A stretch of 64,000 nt of DNA from Clostridiaceae bacterium (GTDB lineage: Bacteria > Bacillota > Clostridia > Saccharofermentanales > DTU023). Positions 47,877 to 57,000 of this stretch are shown in pieces. The notes under the pieces were generated by a model. That model worked only from the letters and a program-made list of their open reading frames with translations, searched no databases and had not been told where the DNA came from. The stretch covers positions 2,425 through 66,424 of the forward strand of contig JAAYQX010000026.1 in the NCBI GenBank assembly GCA_012519085.1, written 5' to 3'. A program made the position numbers and the translations under genes. Within the stretch, counting starts at the first letter, position 1. Each line of letters starts with the position of its first letter.

Positions 47877-47906
47877 TTGACAAGATAGTATTAGATAAGT
47901 GATAAT
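47877..47906 (+). promoter_or_regulatory. Candidate rpmF promoter (TTGACA-18-GATAAT)
   Basis: Consensus -35 at 47877..47882 and -10 GATAAT at 47901..47906. Confidence 0.4.
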
Positions 47907-47999
47907 ACATTTCGCGTCTCAACGGGAGTAGCCGTTTATACCTACAACGGCTCGGAGACAAGTGTCCGAGAGGACAGCAAATGGATGGAGGTGTGACAA

Positions 48000-48182
48000 A
48001 TGGCAGTCCCGAAACGCAAATGGTCAAAAGCGAGAAGCCGCAGAGCACGAGCTAACTGGAAAATCAGTGCACCCACTTTAGTGGAATGTCCGCGTTGCAA
48101 ATCATTGGCAGCAGCCCATAGAGTCTGCAAGAGCTGCGGATATTACAAAGGTCGCGAGATTGTTGCTGTTGAAGAAAAATAA
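48000..48182 (+). CDS. rpmF: 50S ribosomal protein L32 (zinc-ribbon form)
   Basis: MAVPKRKWSKARSRRARANWK, plus CPRC...CKSC; 60 aa; GGAGG 8 nt upstream. Confidence 0.9.
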   Translation: MAVPKRKWSKARSRRARANWKISAPTLVECPRCKSLAAAHRVCKSCGYYKGREIVAVEEK

Positions 48183-48206
48183 TCTCTAACCGGATACTAA
48201 TGACAT

Positions 48207-48243
48207 AAAGCAACGGTGCCTGTAGGAGCCGTTGCTTTTTTCT
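48207..48243 (+). terminator. Intrinsic terminator after rpmF
   Basis: AAAGCAACGG (48207..48216) pairs with CCGTTGCTTT (48229..48238), followed by TTTTT. Confidence 0.7.
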
Positions 48244-48257
48244 AGAAAGGTAGATTT

Positions 48258-49583
48258 ATGAATAAGCCGACAGTCGCAATTGTAGGCAGACCGAATGTAG
48301 GTAAGTCATCACTTTTTAATATGCTTGCCGGTATGCGTATATCGATTGTAGCCCCGACACCTGGCGTCACTAGGGATCGCGTTTTTGCTGATGCTGAATG
48401 GCAGGGAATCGGCTTTTCTATGATTGATACAGGCGGTATAGAGCCTGAATCAACAGATGACTTATTGTTGCAAATGCGGTTTCAAGCCGAGATTGCTATT
48501 GAAACAGCTGATGTCATTATCTTTATGACGGATATTCAAAGCGGTTTGACCGCTGCAGATCTGGAAATCGCTAGACAGTTGCGACGTAGTAACAAGCCGG
48601 TAATAGTTGCTGTAAATAAAATTGATCAACCCGGGGATCCACCGCCCGGTTTTTATGAATTTTATCAATTAGGTTTTTCTGAGGTGCATGCAGTTTCTGC
48701 CAGCCACAAATTAGGATTGGCGGAGATATTGGATGCTATTATTGCACATATTCCTACAGATTTTACCAACGATCTGCCTCATGATACTATCCGGGTAGCT
48801 GTGATAGGTAAACCGAATTCCGGCAAATCTTCCCTAATTAACCGCCTAACAGGAGAGAAGAGAGCTATCGTATCTTCAATAGCCGGAACTACCAGGGATG
48901 CAATAGATACCTTTGTCAGCAATGAATACGGCAATTTTATTTTAGTTGATACCGCTGGTTTGAGACGCAGGGGCAAGGTTTCTGAGCGAATAGAGAAATA
49001 CAGTGTAATTAGAGCCAACCAGACAATAGAGAGGGCAGATTTATGCCTAATTTTGCTTGATGCAATAGAGGGTATCACGGAGCAAGATACTAAGGTTGCC
49101 GGTTTAGCATGGAATATGGGTAGAACCTGTGTATTTGCCGTTAATAAATGGGATCTGATTCAGGACAAGTCAGAAGCATACAAGGGCTTTAAGCGCGAGA
49201 TCCAGCGCCGTTTCCATTTTATGCAATCTGCGCCGATTATTTTTGTCTCGGCATTGACCGGATCTAATTGTAGTAGGCTATGGTCTTTGCTCAAAGAAAC
49301 CTATTTGGCGGGTGGCTTTCGAATTTCAACTTCGCAAATGAATGAGTTTATTAGTGACGCTGTAATCATGCACCCGCCCCCCCAAGACAAAGGCAGACAT
49401 TTAAAGATTTATTACGGCACTCAAATTGGTAATTACCCGGTGCGGATCCTGTTCTTTGTCAATGATCCCAAATTGACTCATTTCTCCTATGACCGCTATT
49501 TAGAAAACCGCTTGCGCGAGATTTATGGCTTCGCCGGAAGTCCCATTCAAATTATCTGGCGTGGTCGCAATGAGATGGCATGA
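48258..49583 (+). CDS. der: Ribosome-associated GTPase Der/EngA (double G-domain)
   Basis: Two G-domains, GRPNVGKSS...DTGG...NKID and GKPNSGKSS...DTAG...NKWD, plus a KH-like C-terminus. Confidence 0.9.
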   Translation: MNKPTVAIVGRPNVGKSSLFNMLAGMRISIVAPTPGVTRDRVFADAEWQGIGFSMIDTGGIEPESTDDLLLQMRFQAEIAIETADVIIFMTDIQSGLTAADLEIARQLRRSNKPVIVAVNKIDQPGDPPPGFYEFYQLGFSEVHAVSASHKLGLAEILDAIIAHIPTDFTNDLPHDTIRVAVIGKPNSGKSSLINRLTGEKRAIVSSIAGTTRDAIDTFVSNEYGNFILVDTAGLRRRGKVSERIEKYSVIRANQTIERADLCLILLDAIEGITEQDTKVAGLAWNMGRTCVFAVNKWDLIQDKSEAYKGFKREIQRRFHFMQSAPIIFVSALTGSNCSRLWSLLKETYLAGGFRISTSQMNEFISDAVIMHPPPQDKGRHLKIYYGTQIGNYPVRILFFVNDPKLTHFSYDRYLENRLREIYGFAGSPIQIIWRGRNEMA

Positions 49584-49621
49584 TATAATAGATTAATTAA
49601 TGTGCCGAAAGGGAAGCAGAA

Positions 49622-50761
49622 TTGTCCAGAAAAATTAGCCGTACAATTATCATTCTTGCTTTAATCCTAACCCTTGTTGCGGTAGGTGTTTTTGGCTATT
49701 TTACTGGATATAATTACGTAACTGCTCAGAATGAACGTCTAAACAAATTGAATCGCTTGCTTGAAGAAGAGGGTAAATCGCCTATCACGGAGTTTACACC
49801 CGGTGCAGTAGAGATCTATATTCCCAGGAACTCTGATCTGGATGATATTACAGATATACTGCTTGTTAATAACTTAATAAAAAACAAATTCGCTTTCAAG
49901 ATGCTATCGAAGATTAACGGTTTTGATGGCAAATATCGTTCAGGGACCCATTATCTTGTACCGGAGATGAGTTATGACGAGATGATGTTGATTCTAACTA
50001 GTAAACCCAAACCAGTGCAAATTACATTTCCCGAAGGGCTGACATATTCTGAGGTTAAGAAACGGATGCGTAAAGCCGGTCTCCGTTTTAATGAAGATAT
50101 CATGGATGAGATGATGCGTAGACCAAATCTCTTTATTGATTATGATTTTATTCAGGAAATACACTCTGACCGGGATAGAAAATGGTTGATGCAAGGGTAT
50201 CTATGGCCAGATACCTATGAATTTGATATCAATGAGTCAGAGGAATCAATCTTGAGAAAATTTTTCGATAATACTGAATCTAAACTCAGGGCCGGCAATT
50301 ATTCTGAACGAGCTGCCAAAATCGGTTTAAGTCTTGACCAGGCTATAACACTCGCTTCTTTAGTGCAGAAGGAGGGACCGATAGCGGAAATGCCCAAAAT
50401 AGGGCGGGTGTTTCTCAATCGCTTGAAATTGGATATGCCGCTGCAATCTTGTGCTACTATCAATTATTTGCGAGTTGAAGACGGCCTTAAACCAATTCTT
50501 TGGGTTACAAATGAAGATTTGGACCGATATTCAGACAATCCGTATAATACCTACAGTATTTCTGCTTTGCCTCCGGGACCGATTAATTCTCCTGGTACAG
50601 TGGCCTTGGAAGGTGTGCTGTGGCCTGCAACTGAACGAAGCTGGCCGGGGGCTAATTCTTATCTGTATTTTGTTGCCAAAGGTGATGGCACAAATGATTT
50701 TTCCGAAACTTATGAAGAACATCAGGAAAAAGTTGAGCAGTATCGCACTAACCGGGATTAG
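49622..50761 (+). CDS. mltG: Endolytic murein transglycosylase MltG (YceG-like)
   Basis: N-terminal transmembrane segment and a YceG core (ITLASLVQKEG, FLNRL...PLQSCATI.Y, YNTY...LPPGPI.SPG). TTG start. Confidence 0.8.
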   Translation: MSRKISRTIIILALILTLVAVGVFGYFTGYNYVTAQNERLNKLNRLLEEEGKSPITEFTPGAVEIYIPRNSDLDDITDILLVNNLIKNKFAFKMLSKINGFDGKYRSGTHYLVPEMSYDEMMLILTSKPKPVQITFPEGLTYSEVKKRMRKAGLRFNEDIMDEMMRRPNLFIDYDFIQEIHSDRDRKWLMQGYLWPDTYEFDINESEESILRKFFDNTESKLRAGNYSERAAKIGLSLDQAITLASLVQKEGPIAEMPKIGRVFLNRLKLDMPLQSCATINYLRVEDGLKPILWVTNEDLDRYSDNPYNTYSISALPPGPINSPGTVALEGVLWPATERSWPGANSYLYFVAKGDGTNDFSETYEEHQEKVEQYRTNRD

Positions 50762-50766
50762 TATAA

Positions 50767-51960
50767 TTAATCGTCCAAATCAGCTTGCCCTCTCTTTGTC
50801 ATTAATTCAGCAAAAATATGCCTAATTTTCTGTTCCATTTCAAAAGCAACGAAGATTTCTCTAAGAATCACAAAAGCCAGAGGCCCTAAGAGTAATCCGG
50901 CCAGACCATAAATCATAATGCCGACTATCATACTAAGTAGTGTAACTATAGGATGCAGTTCCATGGCATTGCCTAATATGGTTGGTTCAATAAATCGCCG
51001 TATAATAATAATAGATACCATTAGAATCAATACTCCGATCGCTTGCCAAGGCGAAGATTGAATGAAAAAATACAATGACATCGGTATTAATGTTGTTGTG
51101 ATTCCCAAAATTGGCAATAGATCGACAACTGCAGCTACAATTGCCCAGGTTACTGCATTAGGTACCCCGATAATTAAAAAACCTATTAGCGATACCAGAA
51201 ATGTAAATGCCAGCAGAACAATATATCCTCCCAATATCCGAAATAAGGTTTTTGTTAACCTATTTGTAACGGAGAATATTTTGCGTACAAAGACGCGGTC
51301 AGGAATAAAACGCAATAACAAGGCGTAGAGTTTATTCGATTCGGTTATGAAATAATAACCGGCCATAACGGTAATAAGCAAAACCAAGATTGTCCTTGGC
51401 AGACCTGAGATCATTCTGCTTGCGGATTGCAACATTGTTGCTAGAACACCCGGTAAAGCTGCAATTATTTTTTGGGTGAAAGAGATTATGCTTTCCTCAA
51501 TTTTAGCGCTGATGGCAGGATTCAATTCTATGCCAAAGAAACTCTTTGAATCATGAAAAATATCGGATATTTTATTTATAATGTCCGATTCGCGAATCAG
51601 ATTAGGGAATTGATAATAGACATAGCGGAGGATGCTGACCAGATAATACATTAGACCTCCGATCAGTGCTAACAGAAGAAGCAAAATCACGATGTAAACA
51701 AAAACTGAAAGCTTTTTCTGAACTCGATGCGGGTGTTTAGTCAATGTTTGATCGGTACCTGTTTTCTGCCAATGTTTAAGGATGAATTTACTGATAGTTA
51801 CTGCCGCCTGTGACAATACGAGAGCAAATAAAATAGGAGCCAGGACTACCAATGCGCGTGAACCTATAAATAGAAGGACGGCAATTAGAATTAAGAGCAG
51901 AAAGTGTTTAAAAAAAGAAAGAATAAAGGCTAAATCCATCTTAGCTCTATCGTCCATCAT
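50767..51960 (-). CDS. AI-2E family (PerM/YtvI-like) transporter
   Basis: 397-aa polytopic membrane protein with the typical AI-2E C-terminal block (FIEP.ILG......HP...L.....G....G..G..LG.P). Confidence 0.65.
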   Translation of the reverse strand: MMDDRAKMDLAFILSFFKHFLLLILIAVLLFIGSRALVVLAPILFALVLSQAAVTISKFILKHWQKTGTDQTLTKHPHRVQKKLSVFVYIVILLLLLALIGGLMYYLVSILRYVYYQFPNLIRESDIINKISDIFHDSKSFFGIELNPAISAKIEESIISFTQKIIAALPGVLATMLQSASRMISGLPRTILVLLITVMAGYYFITESNKLYALLLRFIPDRVFVRKIFSVTNRLTKTLFRILGGYIVLLAFTFLVSLIGFLIIGVPNAVTWAIVAAVVDLLPILGITTTLIPMSLYFFIQSSPWQAIGVLILMVSIIIIRRFIEPTILGNAMELHPIVTLLSMIVGIMIYGLAGLLLGPLAFVILREIFVAFEMEQKIRHIFAELMTKRGQADLDD

Positions 51961-51971
51961 AATATATCCTC

Positions 51972-53123
51972 CTAAATTAAATCCTGTAATATCAGAATTG
52001 CGAACAGAATGATGTTGGCAACTAAGAAGAGGTAATCAATTTTGTGTTTTTTTGGACTGACATTTTCCTTGTCAGTTGAAATTTGCTGTAATAATTCTCT
52101 TTCTTCAGCTAGAGTACGGTTTCTGGTATTGGTAAAAAAAACTATAGCTGGCAGTATGAGCATGGCCGAGAAAAGCATTAAGGGTAAGGTCTGGGATATA
52201 ATTTGCCCGGTTGAACCAGGAAGTTGTCCCCATAACAAATCTGCAGTAAATTGATATATAAATGGGTAGATTAACCAGCCGAGATTGATACCGAAATTAG
52301 CCAAGGCAGCAGGCAGGAGGCTATCGCTATCGCTCCTGATTTTACTAACAAAGCTGAATACAAGTAATAATAACGGCACTGATCTTAAATCCAGAGCCGT
52401 CACAGCCGCAAATAAACCGGTGCTGAGGATCGCTCGCTTTTGATATGATCCAGATGACAGGCCAGGTTGTATCAAGCCGTTAATAAGCAGTGTCAGGCCT
52501 AAAGCCGGAATTAAACATGCAATCAAGACGGTTAGAGCAATTTGTATACCTGATGATTGAAAGAGAAGTATACCTTGATTTAATAAATTCCAACCGGTAG
52601 TTCCAACCAATGTTTTATCAAACAAAAGCAAAGTAATTAATTGTTCTACTGTCAAAACAAAAAAGATCAAGGGAAAACCAGATAAAAACGCCAATAGGCA
52701 GGCGATAGGTGAAGGCTTCTCTCCACAGATGAATTTGGCTGCAGGTCGTTCCAGAAGAATGATCAGTACTGAAGTCAGAAATGGGATAATCCCCACTATG
52801 AGTAACATGAGTATTGCCTGTCCACGAAAGCTGTGGACGCCAATCAACTCACCAAATGGCGGGAAATATTGTTCAGCTAATTTGATAATAACGATGAATA
52901 GAGCAAATATAATAGCGGTACGACCGCTGATGCCGGACAGTCGTTCCTTTTCTTGTAAAATAGCATTGTTGCGACGTTTTTTAAATTCTATAACTGATAA
53001 TTCAGTTTGAGTCAGGGAGCGATTCTCTGCCTGAACAGAATATGATGTCTTGGTCGCGTCTGTGATACTGTCATTACTATTTTTTTTCACATTTACTCCT
53101 GATGATTGATCAGCAATAGACAA
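51972..53123 (-). CDS. Hypothetical polytopic membrane protein
   Basis: 383-aa ORF with a polar N-terminus followed by at least 8 hydrophobic segments. No family is recognised. Confidence 0.4.
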   Translation of the reverse strand: MSIADQSSGVNVKKNSNDSITDATKTSYSVQAENRSLTQTELSVIEFKKRRNNAILQEKERLSGISGRTAIIFALFIVIIKLAEQYFPPFGELIGVHSFRGQAILMLLIVGIIPFLTSVLIILLERPAAKFICGEKPSPIACLLAFLSGFPLIFFVLTVEQLITLLLFDKTLVGTTGWNLLNQGILLFQSSGIQIALTVLIACLIPALGLTLLINGLIQPGLSSGSYQKRAILSTGLFAAVTALDLRSVPLLLLVFSFVSKIRSDSDSLLPAALANFGINLGWLIYPFIYQFTADLLWGQLPGSTGQIISQTLPLMLFSAMLILPAIVFFTNTRNRTLAEERELLQQISTDKENVSPKKHKIDYLFLVANIILFAILILQDLI

Positions 53124-53205
53124 AATAAGTATACCTTAAATTGTCACCGACGCCACTTACAATTATAATAGCTGTGGCAAAACAATATTCCATAAGGAGA
53201 AGCTA

Positions 53206-55584
53206 ATGGATAAAACGATTCTTTCCGAGAGGATGCAGATACTATCACAGGCAAATTATGGCAAAGATTTATCATCTTTGACTGAAAGGGAATTCTGGCA
53301 AATTCTTTCCCGTACCATTATGTCCCTGCTGGCACCGGAATGGGAGACTACGCGGCGCTCTTATAATGATCAGCGGCAGGCTCATTACTTTTCCGCAGAG
53401 TTTTTGGTAGGGAGAAGTTTACTCAATAATCTGATCAATCTGAATCTCTATGATGTTGTGCAGGACTTTGCTAAAGAGCAAGGTCATGATTTACTGGATA
53501 TCTTGGAGCATGAATCGGATCCGGGATTGGGCAATGGTGGTCTAGGGCGCTTATCTGCCTGTTTTCTCGACTCCAGTGCTACTCAGGATCTGCCAGTGAC
53601 GGGATACGGTATATTATATCATTATGGCTTGTTTCGTCAGGAAATTGAGAATGGTTTCCAAAAGGAATATCCGGATAACTGGATAGATAACGATGGGTAT
53701 CCTTTTCTAATACCGCGCCGTGAAGAGAAAGTCTTAATCCATTATGAAGATTTTAAAGTATATGCTGTTCCTTACGATCTTCCGGTAACCGGTTTTGGTA
53801 CTGATAATATCAATACGATCAGACTATGGGATGCGGAACCGGCTCAGGAATTCGATTTTAACTTATTCAATTCACAAAGGTTTGATGATGCTGTCATTGA
53901 GCGTAACCGCGTTAAAGACATCTGCCGTGTTCTGTACCCGAATGACAGTTCATATGATGGAAAGGTGTTAAGACTTAGACAGCAGTATTTTTTCGTGTCT
54001 GCCTCACTGCAAAATGTCTTGGAAACATTCAAACGCACACATGGTACAGATTTTTCACAATTTCCGGAGTTTAACTGTATTCAGCTTAATGATACACATC
54101 CTGTCTTGGCGATCCCGGAGCTGATGCGTTTACTAATAGATGAAAACAGACAAAGTTGGGGCGAAGCTTGGGAAATAGTTCGTAAGACCTTTGCTTTTAC
54201 AAATCATACTATGATGGAAGAGGCGCTGGAGAAATGGGATCTTAATATTTTCCAATTTCTTTTCCCACGCATCTTGAACATTATTAAAGAAATTGACCAA
54301 AGGTTTGAAGATGAGCTAACGGAGAAAAATTTGCCGGAGGATCTTATTCAGTCAATGTCTCCTATCCATGATGGCAAGATACATATGGCTTTACTGGCAT
54401 GCTACAGCTGTTATTCAGTCAATGGCGTCGCCGCTATCCATAGCAATCTTTTAAAAAATGTTCTCTTTAAAGACTTTTATAGACAATGGCCGGGGAAATT
54501 CAATAATAAAACCAATGGGGTTACACCAAGACGTTGGCTCCTGATGTGCAATCCACTGCTGGCGGATCTGCTGACGACAAAAATAGGCAATCAAGATTGG
54601 GTAACGGATCTTAATCTGTTAAAATCCTTAGCTTCAGAGAAAGATGATCCCAAGCTGATTAGAAATTTGCTAGAGATTAAGTCCCAAAATAAGGAGAAAC
54701 TAGTGAATTTTATTAAAGACTACGAGGGAATTGAACTGGACAGTAGTTTTTTGTTTGATGTTCAGATCAAAAGACTTCATGAATACAAGAGACAATTACT
54801 CAATGGTCTGCAAATTTTAGACCAGTATTTTAAACTTAAGGACAAAGGTACCTCTAACGGAATAACGCCTGTTGCCTATATCATTGGTGCTAAGGCGGCA
54901 CCGGGATATTTTCGAGCTAAGGGAATAATAAAATTCTTAACTGAGTTAGCGGCTTTGATTAATGATGATTCTGATGTGAATGATCATATGAGGGTTGTCT
55001 TTCTTCATAATTATAATGTTTCATTAGCGGAAAGAATTTTCCCCGCTGCAGATATCTCAGAACAGATTTCCACTGTAGGTATGGAAGCATCCGGGACCGG
55101 CAATATGAAATTTATGATGAATGGCGCCTTGACATTAGGTACATATGACGGTGCCAATTTAGAAATTCTGGATCAGGTAGGAGAAGATAACTGTTTCATG
55201 TTCGGACCCAAAATAGCTGACTTCCCTGCGACAATGAGCTATTATAATTCCCAATGGCAATATCAAAATGTTGAGGGGTTAAAAAGAGTGGTTGATGCCT
55301 TGATTGATGGCACCATTTCCGATAATCGCACAGGAATGTTCCAAGACCTTTATGATTCGCTGCTAACCGGCTCTCAGTGGCAGGCAGGTGATCCTTTCTA
55401 TGTTTTGGGAGATTTTGATTCATATAGGAAAACACGCAACTATGCTCACCAATCATATCAAGATCAGATGCGATGGGGTCAGAAATGTTGGGTCAATATA
55501 GTCAACAGCGGGAGATTTAGCTCTGACAGAACAGTTAGTGAGTATGCTCAGGAGATTTGGAGGGTACAGAAATCATCTATTTGA
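53206..55584 (+). CDS. glgP: Glycogen/maltodextrin phosphorylase
   Basis: AYFSAEFL.GR, GLGNGGLGRLSACFLDS and EASGTGNMKFMMNGALTLGT.DGAN (PLP-lysine motif); 792 aa. Confidence 0.9.
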   Translation: MDKTILSERMQILSQANYGKDLSSLTEREFWQILSRTIMSLLAPEWETTRRSYNDQRQAHYFSAEFLVGRSLLNNLINLNLYDVVQDFAKEQGHDLLDILEHESDPGLGNGGLGRLSACFLDSSATQDLPVTGYGILYHYGLFRQEIENGFQKEYPDNWIDNDGYPFLIPRREEKVLIHYEDFKVYAVPYDLPVTGFGTDNINTIRLWDAEPAQEFDFNLFNSQRFDDAVIERNRVKDICRVLYPNDSSYDGKVLRLRQQYFFVSASLQNVLETFKRTHGTDFSQFPEFNCIQLNDTHPVLAIPELMRLLIDENRQSWGEAWEIVRKTFAFTNHTMMEEALEKWDLNIFQFLFPRILNIIKEIDQRFEDELTEKNLPEDLIQSMSPIHDGKIHMALLACYSCYSVNGVAAIHSNLLKNVLFKDFYRQWPGKFNNKTNGVTPRRWLLMCNPLLADLLTTKIGNQDWVTDLNLLKSLASEKDDPKLIRNLLEIKSQNKEKLVNFIKDYEGIELDSSFLFDVQIKRLHEYKRQLLNGLQILDQYFKLKDKGTSNGITPVAYIIGAKAAPGYFRAKGIIKFLTELAALINDDSDVNDHMRVVFLHNYNVSLAERIFPAADISEQISTVGMEASGTGNMKFMMNGALTLGTYDGANLEILDQVGEDNCFMFGPKIADFPATMSYYNSQWQYQNVEGLKRVVDALIDGTISDNRTGMFQDLYDSLLTGSQWQAGDPFYVLGDFDSYRKTRNYAHQSYQDQMRWGQKCWVNIVNSGRFSSDRTVSEYAQEIWRVQKSSI

Positions 55585-55653
55585 CGAGTTTGACACATTG
55601 TTGTCCGTTTGGCAAAATGCACTGTAAGTTAAAAATTGCGGAGGGAAAATAAC

Positions 55654-55893
55654 ATGGCCGAGTTTAAATACGAGATTAAGAAAAATATTGCAGTTTTGAG
55701 CACCAGCAGGTCAGGCTGGAATCGTGAGTTAAACCTTGTTAGCTGGAATGAGAGTAAAGCAAAGCTTGATCTGCGCGATTGGTCACCGGATCACGATAAA
55801 ATGAGTAAGGGTATTACTCTGAGTAGGGAAGAGGCAGCTATTCTTCGTGAAGTATTAAATGAGATATCTTTAGATGAACTAATGCCCGAATAA
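55654..55893 (+). CDS. YdbC/PC4-like single-stranded DNA-binding fold protein (DUF2128-like)
   Basis: AEFKYEIKKNIAVLSTSRSGWNRELNLVSWNESKAKLDLRDWSPDHDKMSKGITLS matches my recollection of the YdbC family. GGAGGG ribosome binding site before the ATG at 55654. Confidence 0.55.
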   Translation: MAEFKYEIKKNIAVLSTSRSGWNRELNLVSWNESKAKLDLRDWSPDHDKMSKGITLSREEAAILREVLNEISLDELMPE

Positions 55894-55975
55894 GATGATT
55901 TTGCTGAAAGAAAGCCTGGCCAGTCGATGGCCGGGTTTTCTCTGTCTAATGCAGTAAGATATACAGATCTCTTGA

Positions 55976-56725
55976 TCAGTTTTCCGTCAGGGATATTGTT
56001 TCTTTCAAATGCCCATAAAGCAAAAAGCGAAGTGATCCTCGTTTTTGGGTAGCGGTATTGCGCAATGGTGTGCAACTGACAATTATGATCCCTGCTTGAT
56101 CTGTGCGTTCGTTAATTTTTTTCATCAATGATGATGGTTCAATTTCAATACTTCTGTCCATAATATATATATAGGCATTTTCGCTGCTGACAACGATTAT
56201 TTCATCACCGGGTTTTATCTCATGGATATGATGCAGATAGTTACCGGGTCGATACCCACGGTGTCCAAATAAGACAAAGTATCCTTTTCCTCCCATTGGT
56301 GCTGAGGGTTTATAATGGCCAATGGCAACCCTTAGGGAATGTATGGTAGCATTGTCAGCGATGGGCATGGAGAAGTTTATTGAGGGTATATCTAGTCGGC
56401 CATAAGCCTTTACTTTGACAAATTTTCTAGTATTTGCCTCAGGTTCAGTAGAGGATGGTTTGGCAAAATCTTCCCATTCCTCACCATCAACTTTATAGGC
56501 ATCTGGTGCAAAGCTCACTTCAATTTCTTTCACAGGCTCTATTTCGGATGTAGATTTCTGTCCGTCGGTCTGAGTAATCTTCATCTCCGCCAAAATATCA
56601 TCAATTTTAGTTCTTTGGCGATAATTTTGATAATAGGGCCTGATTAACAGGTATATGCCTACCAGCATGAAAGTGGCAGCCAATATATTAAGAGAAACAT
56701 AGAGAAATCTCTTTTTTTTCATCAT
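55976..56725 (-). CDS. Sortase family transpeptidase
   Basis: N-terminal transmembrane anchor, IGHY..S, the catalytic His context VLFGHRG, GDEIIV, the catalytic Cys context IIIVSCTP and a downstream Arg. Confidence 0.7.
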   Translation of the reverse strand: MMKKKRFLYVSLNILAATFMLVGIYLLIRPYYQNYRQRTKIDDILAEMKITQTDGQKSTSEIEPVKEIEVSFAPDAYKVDGEEWEDFAKPSSTEPEANTRKFVKVKAYGRLDIPSINFSMPIADNATIHSLRVAIGHYKPSAPMGGKGYFVLFGHRGYRPGNYLHHIHEIKPGDEIIVVSSENAYIYIMDRSIEIEPSSLMKKINERTDQAGIIIVSCTPLRNTATQKRGSLRFLLYGHLKETISLTEN

Positions 56726-56941
56726 GGCCTCCGGTCTAAGAATAGTTGAATTTCCTTTGCAACTATTTTATCAAAAGATATTTTACAACTATTTACAACT
56801 AAAAGTATTGAGAAAATTAAATAAGCACTGCGATGCATAAGTTACGATGACAAGACTGACAGCCTTTAGGTATTTCAGTATGACAGAGTAGGGGCGCGAC
56901 TTAACACAGACCATTGTGTCTTTTTGTTATTATATAATTGG

Positions 56942-56962
56942 TCTAATCGATTATCGATTAGA
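56942..56962. promoter_or_regulatory. Perfect 10-1-10 palindrome TCTAATCGAT-T-ATCGATTAGA upstream of htpG
   Basis: Read directly from the sequence. It begins 4 nt after a TATAAT (56933..56938) and ends 38 nt before the htpG ATG. Confidence 0.4.
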
Positions 56963-57000
56963 ATCTTATGCACACTCAATGCTTACGAAAGGATTTAATT

